From positions 84,329-148,328 of IMG/VR virus record IMGVR_UViG_3300043446_003702: a DNA stretch of 64,000 nt; one strand, 5' to 3'. Numbering within the stretch: position 1 is the stretch's first letter; every line of letters starts with the position of its first letter. The DNA is from a virus. Shown in pieces: positions 21,340 to 29,599 of the stretch. Below the pieces are notes generated by a model that ran no database searches, was not told the origin of the DNA, and was given only the letters and a program-made list of their open reading frames with translations. Both the position numbers and the translations under genes were made by a program.

Positions 21340-22364
21340 GCAGACAGTTTGCCATGGCCATGGCCTTAGCACAAAATCCCCATGCTGATTTTTGGGCAGT
21401 GAGATCTGCCATCAACGGATATTACATTGGCAGCAGGGTGGATCAGGATCCTGTTGTAGAAACATTGTTGAATACAACTATTCGCATAGAAGATGTGGTT
21501 CGTGCTGCCAACAGCAATGATCAACTTATACAATTAGAGCAGCGGTTTGCCAGCTGGATATTGAGTCACCAAACCAATACTATCACAGGACTGGAACAAT
21601 ACGAACCTGACTACAGTGAAGGCAGTACACAGGCCTTTGACAGTTTTTACTTTAGACACAGACACCGACGCTTTCGTTGCTTTGTAGGCGAATACTTTTA
21701 TCACCCAAAAACTTGGATTAGCACCGGTGCTGATTGGAGTTTTATCACTGACAGAGATCCGCTTGGTTCTGGAGATGCACTGGTATTAAGTGTGCCATTT
21801 TGTGACACAGTTGGCGTAGTTGATAATTACGCTCAACTCATGCAGTGGTGCCAAGCAATGAATATTCCAGTGCTGTTGGACTTGTGCTATTGGCCTATTA
21901 GTCATGACTTACATGTTGATTTGTGTTACAATTGCATAGACACTGTGGCGTTTAGTCTCAGCAAAGCCTGGCCTGTGGGCACTGCCCGAATAGGCATGCG
22001 ATACACCCGATCAGACACATTTGATGGACAGAAACTGCATCACAGCATGGGATATAACAACAATGTAGGTGCCATGATAGGCAACGTATTGTTAGATAAT
22101 TTTGCTCCAGACTGGATTTATACCACTCGCCAAAGTAAATACAAAACTGTATGTAAAGTACTGAACTTACAGCCTACCCATAGTGTGAACTTTGGCATTG
22201 GTGACTCTTCTTGGGATCGCTACAATCGTAGAGAATTGTTAAAATCTTATCAATTAGACTTTGATCCCAATTTGTTCGTAAATCGTATTTGTGTGAACCG
22301 AGTGTATCAACACTGGGATTTGTTTAGGACTTTTTGTCGCCATGAACTTGACATTGAAATTTAA
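21327..22364 (+). CDS. PLP-dependent fold-type-I enzyme (aminotransferase/decarboxylase-like)
   Basis: GSTQAF, VLLDLCY (PLP Asp) and FSLSKAWP..RIG (Schiff-base Lys). Confidence 0.7.
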   Translation: MEHIGRQFAMAMALAQNPHADFWAVRSAINGYYIGSRVDQDPVVETLLNTTIRIEDVVRAANSNDQLIQLEQRFASWILSHQTNTITGLEQYEPDYSEGSTQAFDSFYFRHRHRRFRCFVGEYFYHPKTWISTGADWSFITDRDPLGSGDALVLSVPFCDTVGVVDNYAQLMQWCQAMNIPVLLDLCYWPISHDLHVDLCYNCIDTVAFSLSKAWPVGTARIGMRYTRSDTFDGQKLHHSMGYNNNVGAMIGNVLLDNFAPDWIYTTRQSKYKTVCKVLNLQPTHSVNFGIGDSSWDRYNRRELLKSYQLDFDPNLFVNRICVNRVYQHWDLFRTFCRHELDIEI

Positions 22365-22827
22365 AAATATACAACCCTGCAACGGTCTACCCATGATTCA
22401 CATTGTGATCAACGATGCCTTGGTATTTGAAAACTCTGTGCGTCCGGAGATCAACATACAATGCCATCCTGTAGACAACAAGATCAACTTGAGCATCCAG
22501 CACTACGGCAAAGACCCTACAACAGATACCGTGGTTGAGAATGGTGTGATTGTGCAAGACCGCAGTTGTGAACTTGATAGCATTGAAGTAGACGGCTATG
22601 ACCTACAAGAGTTGAAATGGTTGAGTACATATCACTGTGATGATGGCGCAGTTTTAGACAAGTGTCTGTTCTTTGGTAAAAATGGTACATGGCGGATTGC
22701 ATTTGAATTGCCAGTATTGCAGTGGATACTGCGAACCAGGCACAACATCAATGGCAATGATCCCAACTGGTCTGAAGATTATGAAAGTTATGTGAGAGCA
22801 TGCAGACTGCTGAACAAATCAATCTAA
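22342..22827 (+). CDS. Hypothetical protein, paralog of 20782-21339
   Basis: Shares the paralog motifs above; coupled to its neighbours. Confidence 0.6.
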   Translation: MNLTLKFKNIQPCNGLPMIHIVINDALVFENSVRPEINIQCHPVDNKINLSIQHYGKDPTTDTVVENGVIVQDRSCELDSIEVDGYDLQELKWLSTYHCDDGAVLDKCLFFGKNGTWRIAFELPVLQWILRTRHNINGNDPNWSEDYESYVRACRLLNKSI

Positions 22828-23861
22828 TACAACAAATCAGTTGGGCACTGGCCAAGGCCAGTGCCGAAGACTGCTTGGACACGCCTGGCGAGTTTGTGTG
22901 GGCCTATCCACAGAACTCGCAATTCTGGGAAGTACGAGCACGTAGCCATAGCATATTCAGTAGTGGCAATGCTATCAAAGACCAAATCGTTATCGATTTT
23001 GTCAACCATTTGAGTTTGAGTGAGCACCTTAGAGACTGCTGGATTGTCAACAAGTTTCAAGAAGCATTTCCTGCATGGATTGCTGCTGGCACTCGATACC
23101 GATTACATAACTTGGATCAGTTCCGGTATGTGGGCTTTTCACAAGGCACACAGGAATCATTTCTTAACTGGTACATGATGCACAAGGACCAGCGACTGCG
23201 AGTGTTTCGTGGCGACTACTGGTGGCACATGGAGATCTGGCAAAAGGCCGGGTTCAACTGGCGGTACATCGACGATGATTTTGATATCAAACCTGGCGAT
23301 GCTTGTATATGCAGTCTGCCGTTTGCACTCACAGGTCAAGAACATGAACGCTTCAAGTGGTTGGTAGAACAGTGTGACCGCCAAGGTGTGGACCTGTTGG
23401 TGGACTTTATCTACTTGCCCAACAGCAACAATGTTGTGGACATTGACTTGAGTGCAGACTGTATCAAAGAAATAACATTCAGTCTCAGCAAAACATTTCC
23501 TGTGCAAACAGCCAAGATTGCTGTGCGCATGCTAAAACACAAACCCAGCGATCCCATGCAGATGAGCAACGATGAAAACATTTGCAACCGTTTGAGTAGC
23601 GGATTAGCATTGAGTCTAATACAGCAGTTCCCTGTGGACTACATGGTGAACAAATATCTAGATCAACAGACATATTGGTGTGAACGCTTGGGATTACGAC
23701 CCACCGGCGTTGTACATTTTGGACTGGGTGAAAACTATACTGCCACAGGCAGACAGCAAGAATTGAACTATCTAAGCAAATATAACGAGCAACAAAATCG
23801 CTATAATCTGGGCATGCTCTTTGAAAATCAAAATTTCCTGAAAAAACTTCAATTATACTAA
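22800..23861 (+). CDS. PLP-dependent fold-type-I enzyme, paralog of 21327-22364
   Basis: GTQESF, LLVDFIY and FSLSKTFP motifs. Confidence 0.7.
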   Translation: MQTAEQINLIQQISWALAKASAEDCLDTPGEFVWAYPQNSQFWEVRARSHSIFSSGNAIKDQIVIDFVNHLSLSEHLRDCWIVNKFQEAFPAWIAAGTRYRLHNLDQFRYVGFSQGTQESFLNWYMMHKDQRLRVFRGDYWWHMEIWQKAGFNWRYIDDDFDIKPGDACICSLPFALTGQEHERFKWLVEQCDRQGVDLLVDFIYLPNSNNVVDIDLSADCIKEITFSLSKTFPVQTAKIAVRMLKHKPSDPMQMSNDENICNRLSSGLALSLIQQFPVDYMVNKYLDQQTYWCERLGLRPTGVVHFGLGENYTATGRQQELNYLSKYNEQQNRYNLGMLFENQNFLKKLQLY

Positions 23862-23905
23862 AGGCAACATAACTACAGCACGAAAGGCAGATCCCGCTCA
23901 AGCAC

Positions 23906-24334
23906 ATGACATGGTTATATCAAGACACCCCAGTTGAGACTTTACCTGAAGAATGTGTGGGTTTTGTTTATCAAATCACAAATAATCTATCTGGACGCAA
24001 GTACATAGGCAAAAAATTAGCAAAATTCAGTAAGACAACGTACAAGACAGTAAAACAAAAGAACGGCACAAAAAAGCGGAAGAAGATACGAACCAAAGTC
24101 GATTCAGACTGGCGTGAGTACTACGGGTCAAGCCCAGAATTAACCGCAGACGTAATCAAACTAGGCATCGAAAACTTCACCAGAGAGATACTCTTCTATT
24201 GCAAATCAAAGTCTGAATGTAGTTACATTGAGGCACGAGAACAGTTTGCACGTCGAGTATTGGAATCAGCAGATTATTACAACGGCCATATACAAGTACG
24301 TGTACATGGCTCACATATCAAAGACAAAATTTAA
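23906..24334 (+). CDS. Short GIY-YIG endonuclease
   Basis: GFVYQITN..GRKYIGKK...YYGSS...E..EQF...YYN; a catalytic domain with no long DNA-binding tail. Confidence 0.85.
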   Translation: MTWLYQDTPVETLPEECVGFVYQITNNLSGRKYIGKKLAKFSKTTYKTVKQKNGTKKRKKIRTKVDSDWREYYGSSPELTADVIKLGIENFTREILFYCKSKSECSYIEAREQFARRVLESADYYNGHIQVRVHGSHIKDKI

Positions 24335-24344
24335 CAGGCAGTAA

Positions 24345-24771
24345 CGACTCGCACAGGTCAACAACGTGTGCCCTGGACCTGGATCTTGGATCGCAGGGAT
24401 GGAAGACTCACCGCGCCAGTGAGCACTCAGCAACTATCCTTGACAGGACGACGATCGCAAATTGCCGCGGTTTTGCTGTTTGAAAAGAATTCCCAGGCTA
24501 AAAAGACGCTGCCGCGGGGCAGCAGGTCAGTGCAATGTGTTAGCGTATGTTGTATTGATTGCCGTTGTAGTAAAGACGCAACTCGAGGTACAGGACAACC
24601 GCCTCTGTAATTGTTGTAACGCTAGGTGCTATCAGAACTCAGATGAAGCAGCCTTTGCCCTGTGCGGGCAAAGTGTGACTATAGAATCTAGATGAAACTG
24701 TTTCGCTTCGCTCGAAAGAAAACAATGAGTTGATGAGCATAGCGAAATCAACAGATCTACGAAGTAGATCT
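24345..24771 (+). ncRNA. Candidate large structured non-coding RNA/cis element (unknown family)
   Basis: The ~430-nt gap between convergent genes holds more than 10 stems, a 15-bp helix with 7 G-U pairs (24525-24539/24546-24560) and pseudoknot potential (24541-24546 with 24619-24624). Confidence 0.6.
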
Positions 24772-25113
24772 TTAATCGTTGAGATTAGTATCTGGCCAAT
24801 CTCTAAACAGTGCATGTTGAATGTTTCCTGAAACAAACTGATTGAAACTCTTGTGTTTGGTTTCAAGATCGCCTTTGAGTGGGGCAACTCGTTTGAATGC
24901 GCTGTCCATTTGAGCCATGTCTTTAAACTCCATGATGATCATCCATTCAGGCATGTCAGCTATGCTACGAAATCCCATTTTGCAACGAGTGATCCTGTAG
25001 GTTTCCATGCGTCCTTCTTCAACAAGATGATCAAAGAAACTTTTCATACCGTTGACCCAATCTAGGTCTGATATGTCTCCCTCTTTGTCTGCCCATATTG
25101 TGTATAAATCCAT
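24772..25113 (-). CDS. Hypothetical protein, dimeric alpha-beta barrel-like (DUF6614-like)
   Basis: 113 aa with the pattern YRITRCKMGF...PEWMIIMEFKDMAQMDSAF; last gene of the minus-strand operon. Confidence 0.55.
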   Translation of the reverse strand: MDLYTIWADKEGDISDLDWVNGMKSFFDHLVEEGRMETYRITRCKMGFRSIADMPEWMIIMEFKDMAQMDSAFKRVAPLKGDLETKHKSFNQFVSGNIQHALFRDWPDTNLND

Positions 25114-25115
25114 GT

Positions 25116-25556
25116 TTACTCCATTGGTCCTAGTATTTCAAATCCGTCTATTTCTTTTTTGTATTCGTGTGCTTGTTCAAGGTACAGGTACCTAAAGCCA
25201 CGTGCTCGATAGATAGCACATTCTACCTTCATGGTTTCTATGCCCAGTCTCATGCGTGGATTATGATAGGTCCATGCAAACTGATCGCACAAGGCATTGT
25301 GTTCATCATAACGTTTAATCAGTGAAAAAGCCACCAACCGTCCATGGTCATAGTAACCTATGATGTCGGTCATGGCATCAGTGTATCGCGAATCAAATAT
25401 AGGCATTACACTGGTGAATTTTCTGTACTGACAGTACTGTCGATATATGCTATTCAACTCTGCAATGTTGGGGGTGGTCATGTACATCCATTCCACGGTC
25501 GTGGCTGAGTAGTTGGTTTTGGCAAGATCAATCCTGGCAAACTGATATGAACTCAT
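25116..25556 (-). CDS. Aminoacyl-tRNA:protein transferase (ATE1/Bpt) C-terminal-like GNAT protein
   Basis: IYRQYC..RK...GYYDHGRLVAFSLI...YHNPRMRLGIETMKVECAIYRARGFRYLYL resembles the ATE_C domain. Confidence 0.55.
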   Translation of the reverse strand: MSSYQFARIDLAKTNYSATTVEWMYMTTPNIAELNSIYRQYCQYRKFTSVMPIFDSRYTDAMTDIIGYYDHGRLVAFSLIKRYDEHNALCDQFAWTYHNPRMRLGIETMKVECAIYRARGFRYLYLEQAHEYKKEIDGFEILGPME

Positions 25557-26053
25557 CTGGGATCCTGTCTGTGATGAAAAAGGTCAGTGAGATACTGTTC
25601 AGGCCAGTCCTTGTAAAACCCCTTGGCAGCCAGTTGCTCAGCAGCGGCATTGAGTTTGCTCAAACTCTGTACAAATATTATAGCATACTGACCTTGATTC
25701 ATGATTACACCGTTGACATCCTCCACTGCGTTGGGATGATCTTCCAGGGCCAACATATCCTTGGCACACAACAGCTCTTGATTGGCAGACTCTATGGCCG
25801 AGTGAAAACGTTCATAAGGCCATTCTGCAGGGTCGTACACATAGGCAATCACATCCCAGTGATACATGCCCCATCGCGATCTCAGTCGGAGATCAAACCA
25901 AGGATCTGATCCCAACAATACCTGTACACGATTGCTGAGTCTGGCTTGTCTGGCATAGGGACAGGGAGGCCATGCTCCCAGAGCAGGATGTGGTTGTTCT
26001 ACAAAGCGTTCGCTCCAGGCCAATATGTCAGCAGTGACAGTTTCAATATTCAT
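25553..26053 (-). CDS. Hypothetical protein (DUF1415-like, CPYA motif)
   Basis: WSERFVE..HPALG..PPCPYARQA; coupled within the operon. Confidence 0.5.
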   Translation of the reverse strand: MNIETVTADILAWSERFVEQPHPALGAWPPCPYARQARLSNRVQVLLGSDPWFDLRLRSRWGMYHWDVIAYVYDPAEWPYERFHSAIESANQELLCAKDMLALEDHPNAVEDVNGVIMNQGQYAIIFVQSLSKLNAAAEQLAAKGFYKDWPEQYLTDLFHHRQDPR

Positions 26054-26284
26054 TTAAAAGTACGGTAAGTTAGATTTCTTTGTGGTCTCAATATTTTCTT
26101 TGGCAAGTTCGTTGATTAGTTTTCGTTCTGCAGCACTCATTTGCATAACATCATTATAACTAGCGCCTCCACGCATGTACCAAGCTAACCTGAGACTTTC
26201 TGCCCTGATTTGTCCAGCCTCCTGATCCAAGCGGTCTACATATGAACTGATTTGCTCAGGAGAAGAGACTAGGAGGCGGAGGCG
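26054..26284 (-). CDS. gp51-like baseplate/tail assembly chaperone segment, probably reached by a -1 frameshift from gp26; absent from the ORF track
   Basis: Hand translation: RLRLLVSSPEQISSYVDRLDQEAGQIRAESLRLAWYMRGGASYNDVMQMSAAERKLINELAKENIETTKKSNLPYF-stop. The stop abuts the next ATG. Confidence 0.7.
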   Translation of the reverse strand, partial: RLRLLVSSPEQISSYVDRLDQEAGQIRAESLRLAWYMRGGASYNDVMQMSAAERKLINELAKENIETTKKSNLPYF

Positions 26285-27111
26285 AAAAAATTTGCAATGT
26301 CCAAGTCTAGTGCTTGTTCATATTCGTGATCACACTCAGTGCATTTTATTTTCAATGGCGGTATATCACTCTGTTGTCTCAGAGACACCACATGTTCTCG
26401 TATTTGATTGTATATTTTACTTTCACAATTTCTTAAAAATTCTTCAATCTGTGCTGAGTCTGACACTACATCATTGGGTGTTTTGATAATTGCAATGCTT
26501 TGGCAGATTATGTTTATTGTTAAATCAGTGATGATTTTCAATGCCTGAGTTAGTCGACTCATTTTTTCTTCTTCAGGCAATTCTGAAGTTGGCAGTGTAG
26601 ACAAAATCTTTTGTTGCTCAAATTGTGCAATACTACTTTGATTTTGTTGTTCGTAGGTGACTGGTTTAAACACAATTTCTAAATCACCATAGTGAACAGT
26701 TTCGGCAAAATTTGGAACACGAAGTTGATCTAAGATTGTGCGCAGATCCAGTGCGTATTCTTCTTCATGGCTGCATGACGGACATGTGGCATTTAGGCCC
26801 ATTTCGTGTCCTTGGCTGGCAATACGTATGGCTATCAACAATGGACTGAGATCAATGTTGGGCACATGCCAAGCATTTTTGATAGCAGGAACACAACTTT
26901 GTATCACACTGATCACTGCTTGTCCGTTGAACAAGGCATCTGGTGTGCGATATGTTATTTCGTCAATGGCAGTCATGGGATATATTGGTACCTCTCCATT
27001 GGCGGGCAGGTCCAACGAGGCTGCTGGCCAATATCGTCCAGCACTGGGCAATTTTAGATAGATTGCAGGTTGTCTAAAAAATTGTCGTAACGGATTGGGT
27101 GATTGGGTCAT
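26269..27111 (-). CDS. gp26: Baseplate hub assembly protein gp26-like
   Basis: YLKLPS.G.YW...IYPMTAIDE...IDL..LLIAIRIASQG, two CxxC pairs (CPSC, CTEC) and a C-terminal NFF. Confidence 0.8.
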   Translation of the reverse strand: MTQSPNPLRQFFRQPAIYLKLPSAGRYWPAASLDLPANGEVPIYPMTAIDEITYRTPDALFNGQAVISVIQSCVPAIKNAWHVPNIDLSPLLIAIRIASQGHEMGLNATCPSCSHEEEYALDLRTILDQLRVPNFAETVHYGDLEIVFKPVTYEQQNQSSIAQFEQQKILSTLPTSELPEEEKMSRLTQALKIITDLTINIICQSIAIIKTPNDVVSDSAQIEEFLRNCESKIYNQIREHVVSLRQQSDIPPLKIKCTECDHEYEQALDLDIANFFASAS

Positions 27112-27114
27112 TTT

Positions 27115-27148
27115 TGTACCTATAAATATAGTTCTACTTATAGGTACA
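27115..27148. promoter_or_regulatory. Face-to-face late promoters inside an inverted repeat
   Basis: TATAAATA (+, 27121-27128) and TATAAGTA (-, 27135-27142) lie in the arms TGTACCTATAAATA / TACTTATAGGTACA. Confidence 0.65.
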
Positions 27149-27153
27149 CAACC

Positions 27154-29583
27154 ATGACACCAGAAGAAAATCTCGCCAGGATCACAGAAGAAGTAAACGA
27201 GCAGATGCGCCGGTTTGGATATATTTTGCCAGAAACCAATCGACGACTACTGGAAGCACAGACCGGCATACAAAACTTTGGATTCAAAGTACAAATAGCC
27301 ACAAGTGTCATGGGCAATTTGGCTGATGCTGTAGGTGACTATACCAAGGCCATGTACCGTGGCGAACAGGGTGCCGCAGTATTCAATAGTTCAATGAGCA
27401 AAATGACCGATGCAGTATCAACGCTTGCTATTGGACTGAGTTTGTTGATGCCCGGCGGGCCTATCATGAAAGCGGTAACTGCCGGACTGACTGCATTGGG
27501 TGTGTATGCTTTAAAAACCGCTGAAGATTTGGCTGCAGTGTCAAAAACCCAGGCAGACACCATGTACTCGGCATTCAGCCAGTTGGCCGAAAGTGGTGCT
27601 GTGGGAGCCGACGGTATTGAAGGGCTGTTCAACGACATACAAAAGTTGGGATTGAATGTTACCAAACTTGACAGATTCTTGTCACTGGCTGGACAAAATG
27701 CTGACGCCATGGCTGCCATGGGTGGTACAGTGCTCAAAGGACGACAACAATTTGCCGAACTTGGTCGCAGCATGGCTGGTTACAACGAGTCATTTCGCAA
27801 ACTGGGAATGGATCAAGATGCACAAGCCGAAGCCATATTAGAGTACGCCACAATGCAAGCCAAAATCAGTCGCGGTACTATCAATGATTTTGGCCAATTG
27901 GGCAAAAGTGCTTATGAATTAATACTGCAACAAGATGCACTGACCAAAGTAACTGGACTCAGTCGTAAACAACAACAACAAGCCCTGCAAGAAGCACAAA
28001 GAAACGAAAAGTTTCTAGCAGCCCAAAACAAAATTAGACGCCAATTTGGTGAGGGCAGTGATGCCATGAAGCAGTTGGCGGCGTTGACCACTCTTACAAA
28101 AGAGCTAGGTGATGACGTTTTCAAAGGCATGCAAGACATGATGAGTGGTGGTGCACCTACTCCTGAATCAAAAGCATTGTTGTCAATGGCTCCAGAAATG
28201 TTTCAATTGATACAACAATTAAAGGCTGGCAAATTTCAAGGAGATCAACAAGGGTTTGAAAAAGGATTTGACGAAGTTCTAAAAAGCATGGCTCGCAGTA
28301 GCAAAAGCCAAGAAGAATTGGCCATGTTTGGAAAATCCGTGGGTGGAATGTATTCATCATTGACCAAGGCCGAGTCCATGATGAACCGTGGTGGCTTGCA
28401 GCAAAATCTTGAAGCGGCCCGACTAAATCAAGCAGCTCAACTGGGAGACAAAACTGGGCAAGTGGCAAAACAAGCAGAACTTCGTGCGGCTCAGAACGAA
28501 GTCATGTTGGCAGAACAAGCATTTATACAAACTGGATTGCCCAGTTTACTAAGAGATGCTTCAATGGTTGTGCAAAAAGACATACTTGATTTGGTAAAAA
28601 AGATTGGGCAAACTTTGGGAGAAGGTATAGTTGTGGGTCGTCAATCTAGCAGATTTGGCCCTGAAAGTGTTGGGGTCTTGGACAACTTGCCTGACAATGC
28701 TGATCAACGTTTGGATCGACGATTTATACGTAGCAATCCTGATGGTAGTCAGAGTTCAGCAGGTCCAGTTGGTCCAAACAATCCTAGAGTTGACAATCGA
28801 CCAATGCCACCTTGGAGCCAAAGCAATCCTTTGCCAGTGATAATCCAGCCACCAGTACCGCCTATAACTACTGATGAGCAAACTTCGCCACCGCCACGCC
28901 CTCCACGCATGTATGACCAACTATTTCCGCCTCCAGTTCCGGCCAGAGAAGACGGCACAGCAGGAGTACTTGGTAAATTGTTTGAACCCAAAGACATCAT
29001 TGCACAGTTGCACAAAGGCGAACGTGTGCTCAACAAAAATGAAAATACTGATTTGACCAAGTTGTTCAACATGGTCAGTGGTGAAAAGTCGCAAAAGAAA
29101 ATAATGGATGCTCAGGGCGAAATGCTCAAGGTAATTGACAAGATTACCAGTGGAATAAAACTCACTGCCAAGTCAGGGGGCAATAAAGAATTTTCCGCAG
29201 CCGCTGCAGACATGTCTTCACAAATTCCATCCACTGATACTGTACAAAAAACAATGATTGATCTGCAAGGACAGATGCTGCAGAAAATGGAAAACTTTGC
29301 CATGCCTACATCAGCAGACAGTCAGGCAGCACTGTTGGGCGACATGCCCAAACTAGACATCAACAAAGAATCAGTGGAACAACTGGGGCAGAATATAAAA
29401 GACAGCATGGGTGAAGAGTTCAAGTCAGCTGTGACCAGTATTAACCGACTAGCCGAACAAATGCAGAGCCGCGGCGACACAGGGCTGCAACAGCAAATGG
29501 TAGGATTGTTGGAAGAAATTCGTCGCAGTCAACAAGCCACAGCCAAAGCCAGTGGGCGATTAGCACAGGTGGCCAGTAATTAA
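27154..29583 (+). CDS. Tape-measure-like tail protein
   Basis: Ala/Gln/Leu/Met-rich helical protein with a hydrophobic segment, divergent from the gp26/gp51 chaperones. Start reassigned to ATG 27154, downstream of the late promoter. Confidence 0.6.
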   Translation: MTPEENLARITEEVNEQMRRFGYILPETNRRLLEAQTGIQNFGFKVQIATSVMGNLADAVGDYTKAMYRGEQGAAVFNSSMSKMTDAVSTLAIGLSLLMPGGPIMKAVTAGLTALGVYALKTAEDLAAVSKTQADTMYSAFSQLAESGAVGADGIEGLFNDIQKLGLNVTKLDRFLSLAGQNADAMAAMGGTVLKGRQQFAELGRSMAGYNESFRKLGMDQDAQAEAILEYATMQAKISRGTINDFGQLGKSAYELILQQDALTKVTGLSRKQQQQALQEAQRNEKFLAAQNKIRRQFGEGSDAMKQLAALTTLTKELGDDVFKGMQDMMSGGAPTPESKALLSMAPEMFQLIQQLKAGKFQGDQQGFEKGFDEVLKSMARSSKSQEELAMFGKSVGGMYSSLTKAESMMNRGGLQQNLEAARLNQAAQLGDKTGQVAKQAELRAAQNEVMLAEQAFIQTGLPSLLRDASMVVQKDILDLVKKIGQTLGEGIVVGRQSSRFGPESVGVLDNLPDNADQRLDRRFIRSNPDGSQSSAGPVGPNNPRVDNRPMPPWSQSNPLPVIIQPPVPPITTDEQTSPPPRPPRMYDQLFPPPVPAREDGTAGVLGKLFEPKDIIAQLHKGERVLNKNENTDLTKLFNMVSGEKSQKKIMDAQGEMLKVIDKITSGIKLTAKSGGNKEFSAAAADMSSQIPSTDTVQKTMIDLQGQMLQKMENFAMPTSADSQAALLGDMPKLDINKESVEQLGQNIKDSMGEEFKSAVTSINRLAEQMQSRGDTGLQQQMVGLLEEIRRSQQATAKASGRLAQVASN

Positions 29584-29599
29584 CAATAAATAATCAACT

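Noticed and set aside
24729-24752. Hammerhead ribozyme core (TGATGA...GAAA)
   Set aside because: The sequence is TTGATGA rather than CTGATGA, and the flanks pair with each other as a single hairpin; stems I and III and a cleavage triplet are missing.
23906-24771. Group I intron or retron containing the GIY-YIG gene
   Set aside because: There is no interrupted host gene, no recognisable P7/J6-7 core, and no reverse transcriptase in the window.
24368-24887. Short ORFs 24368-24610, 24462-24695 and 24639-24887
   Set aside because: They have non-ATG or weak starts, overlap each other and show no protein-like motifs; RNA structure explains the region better.
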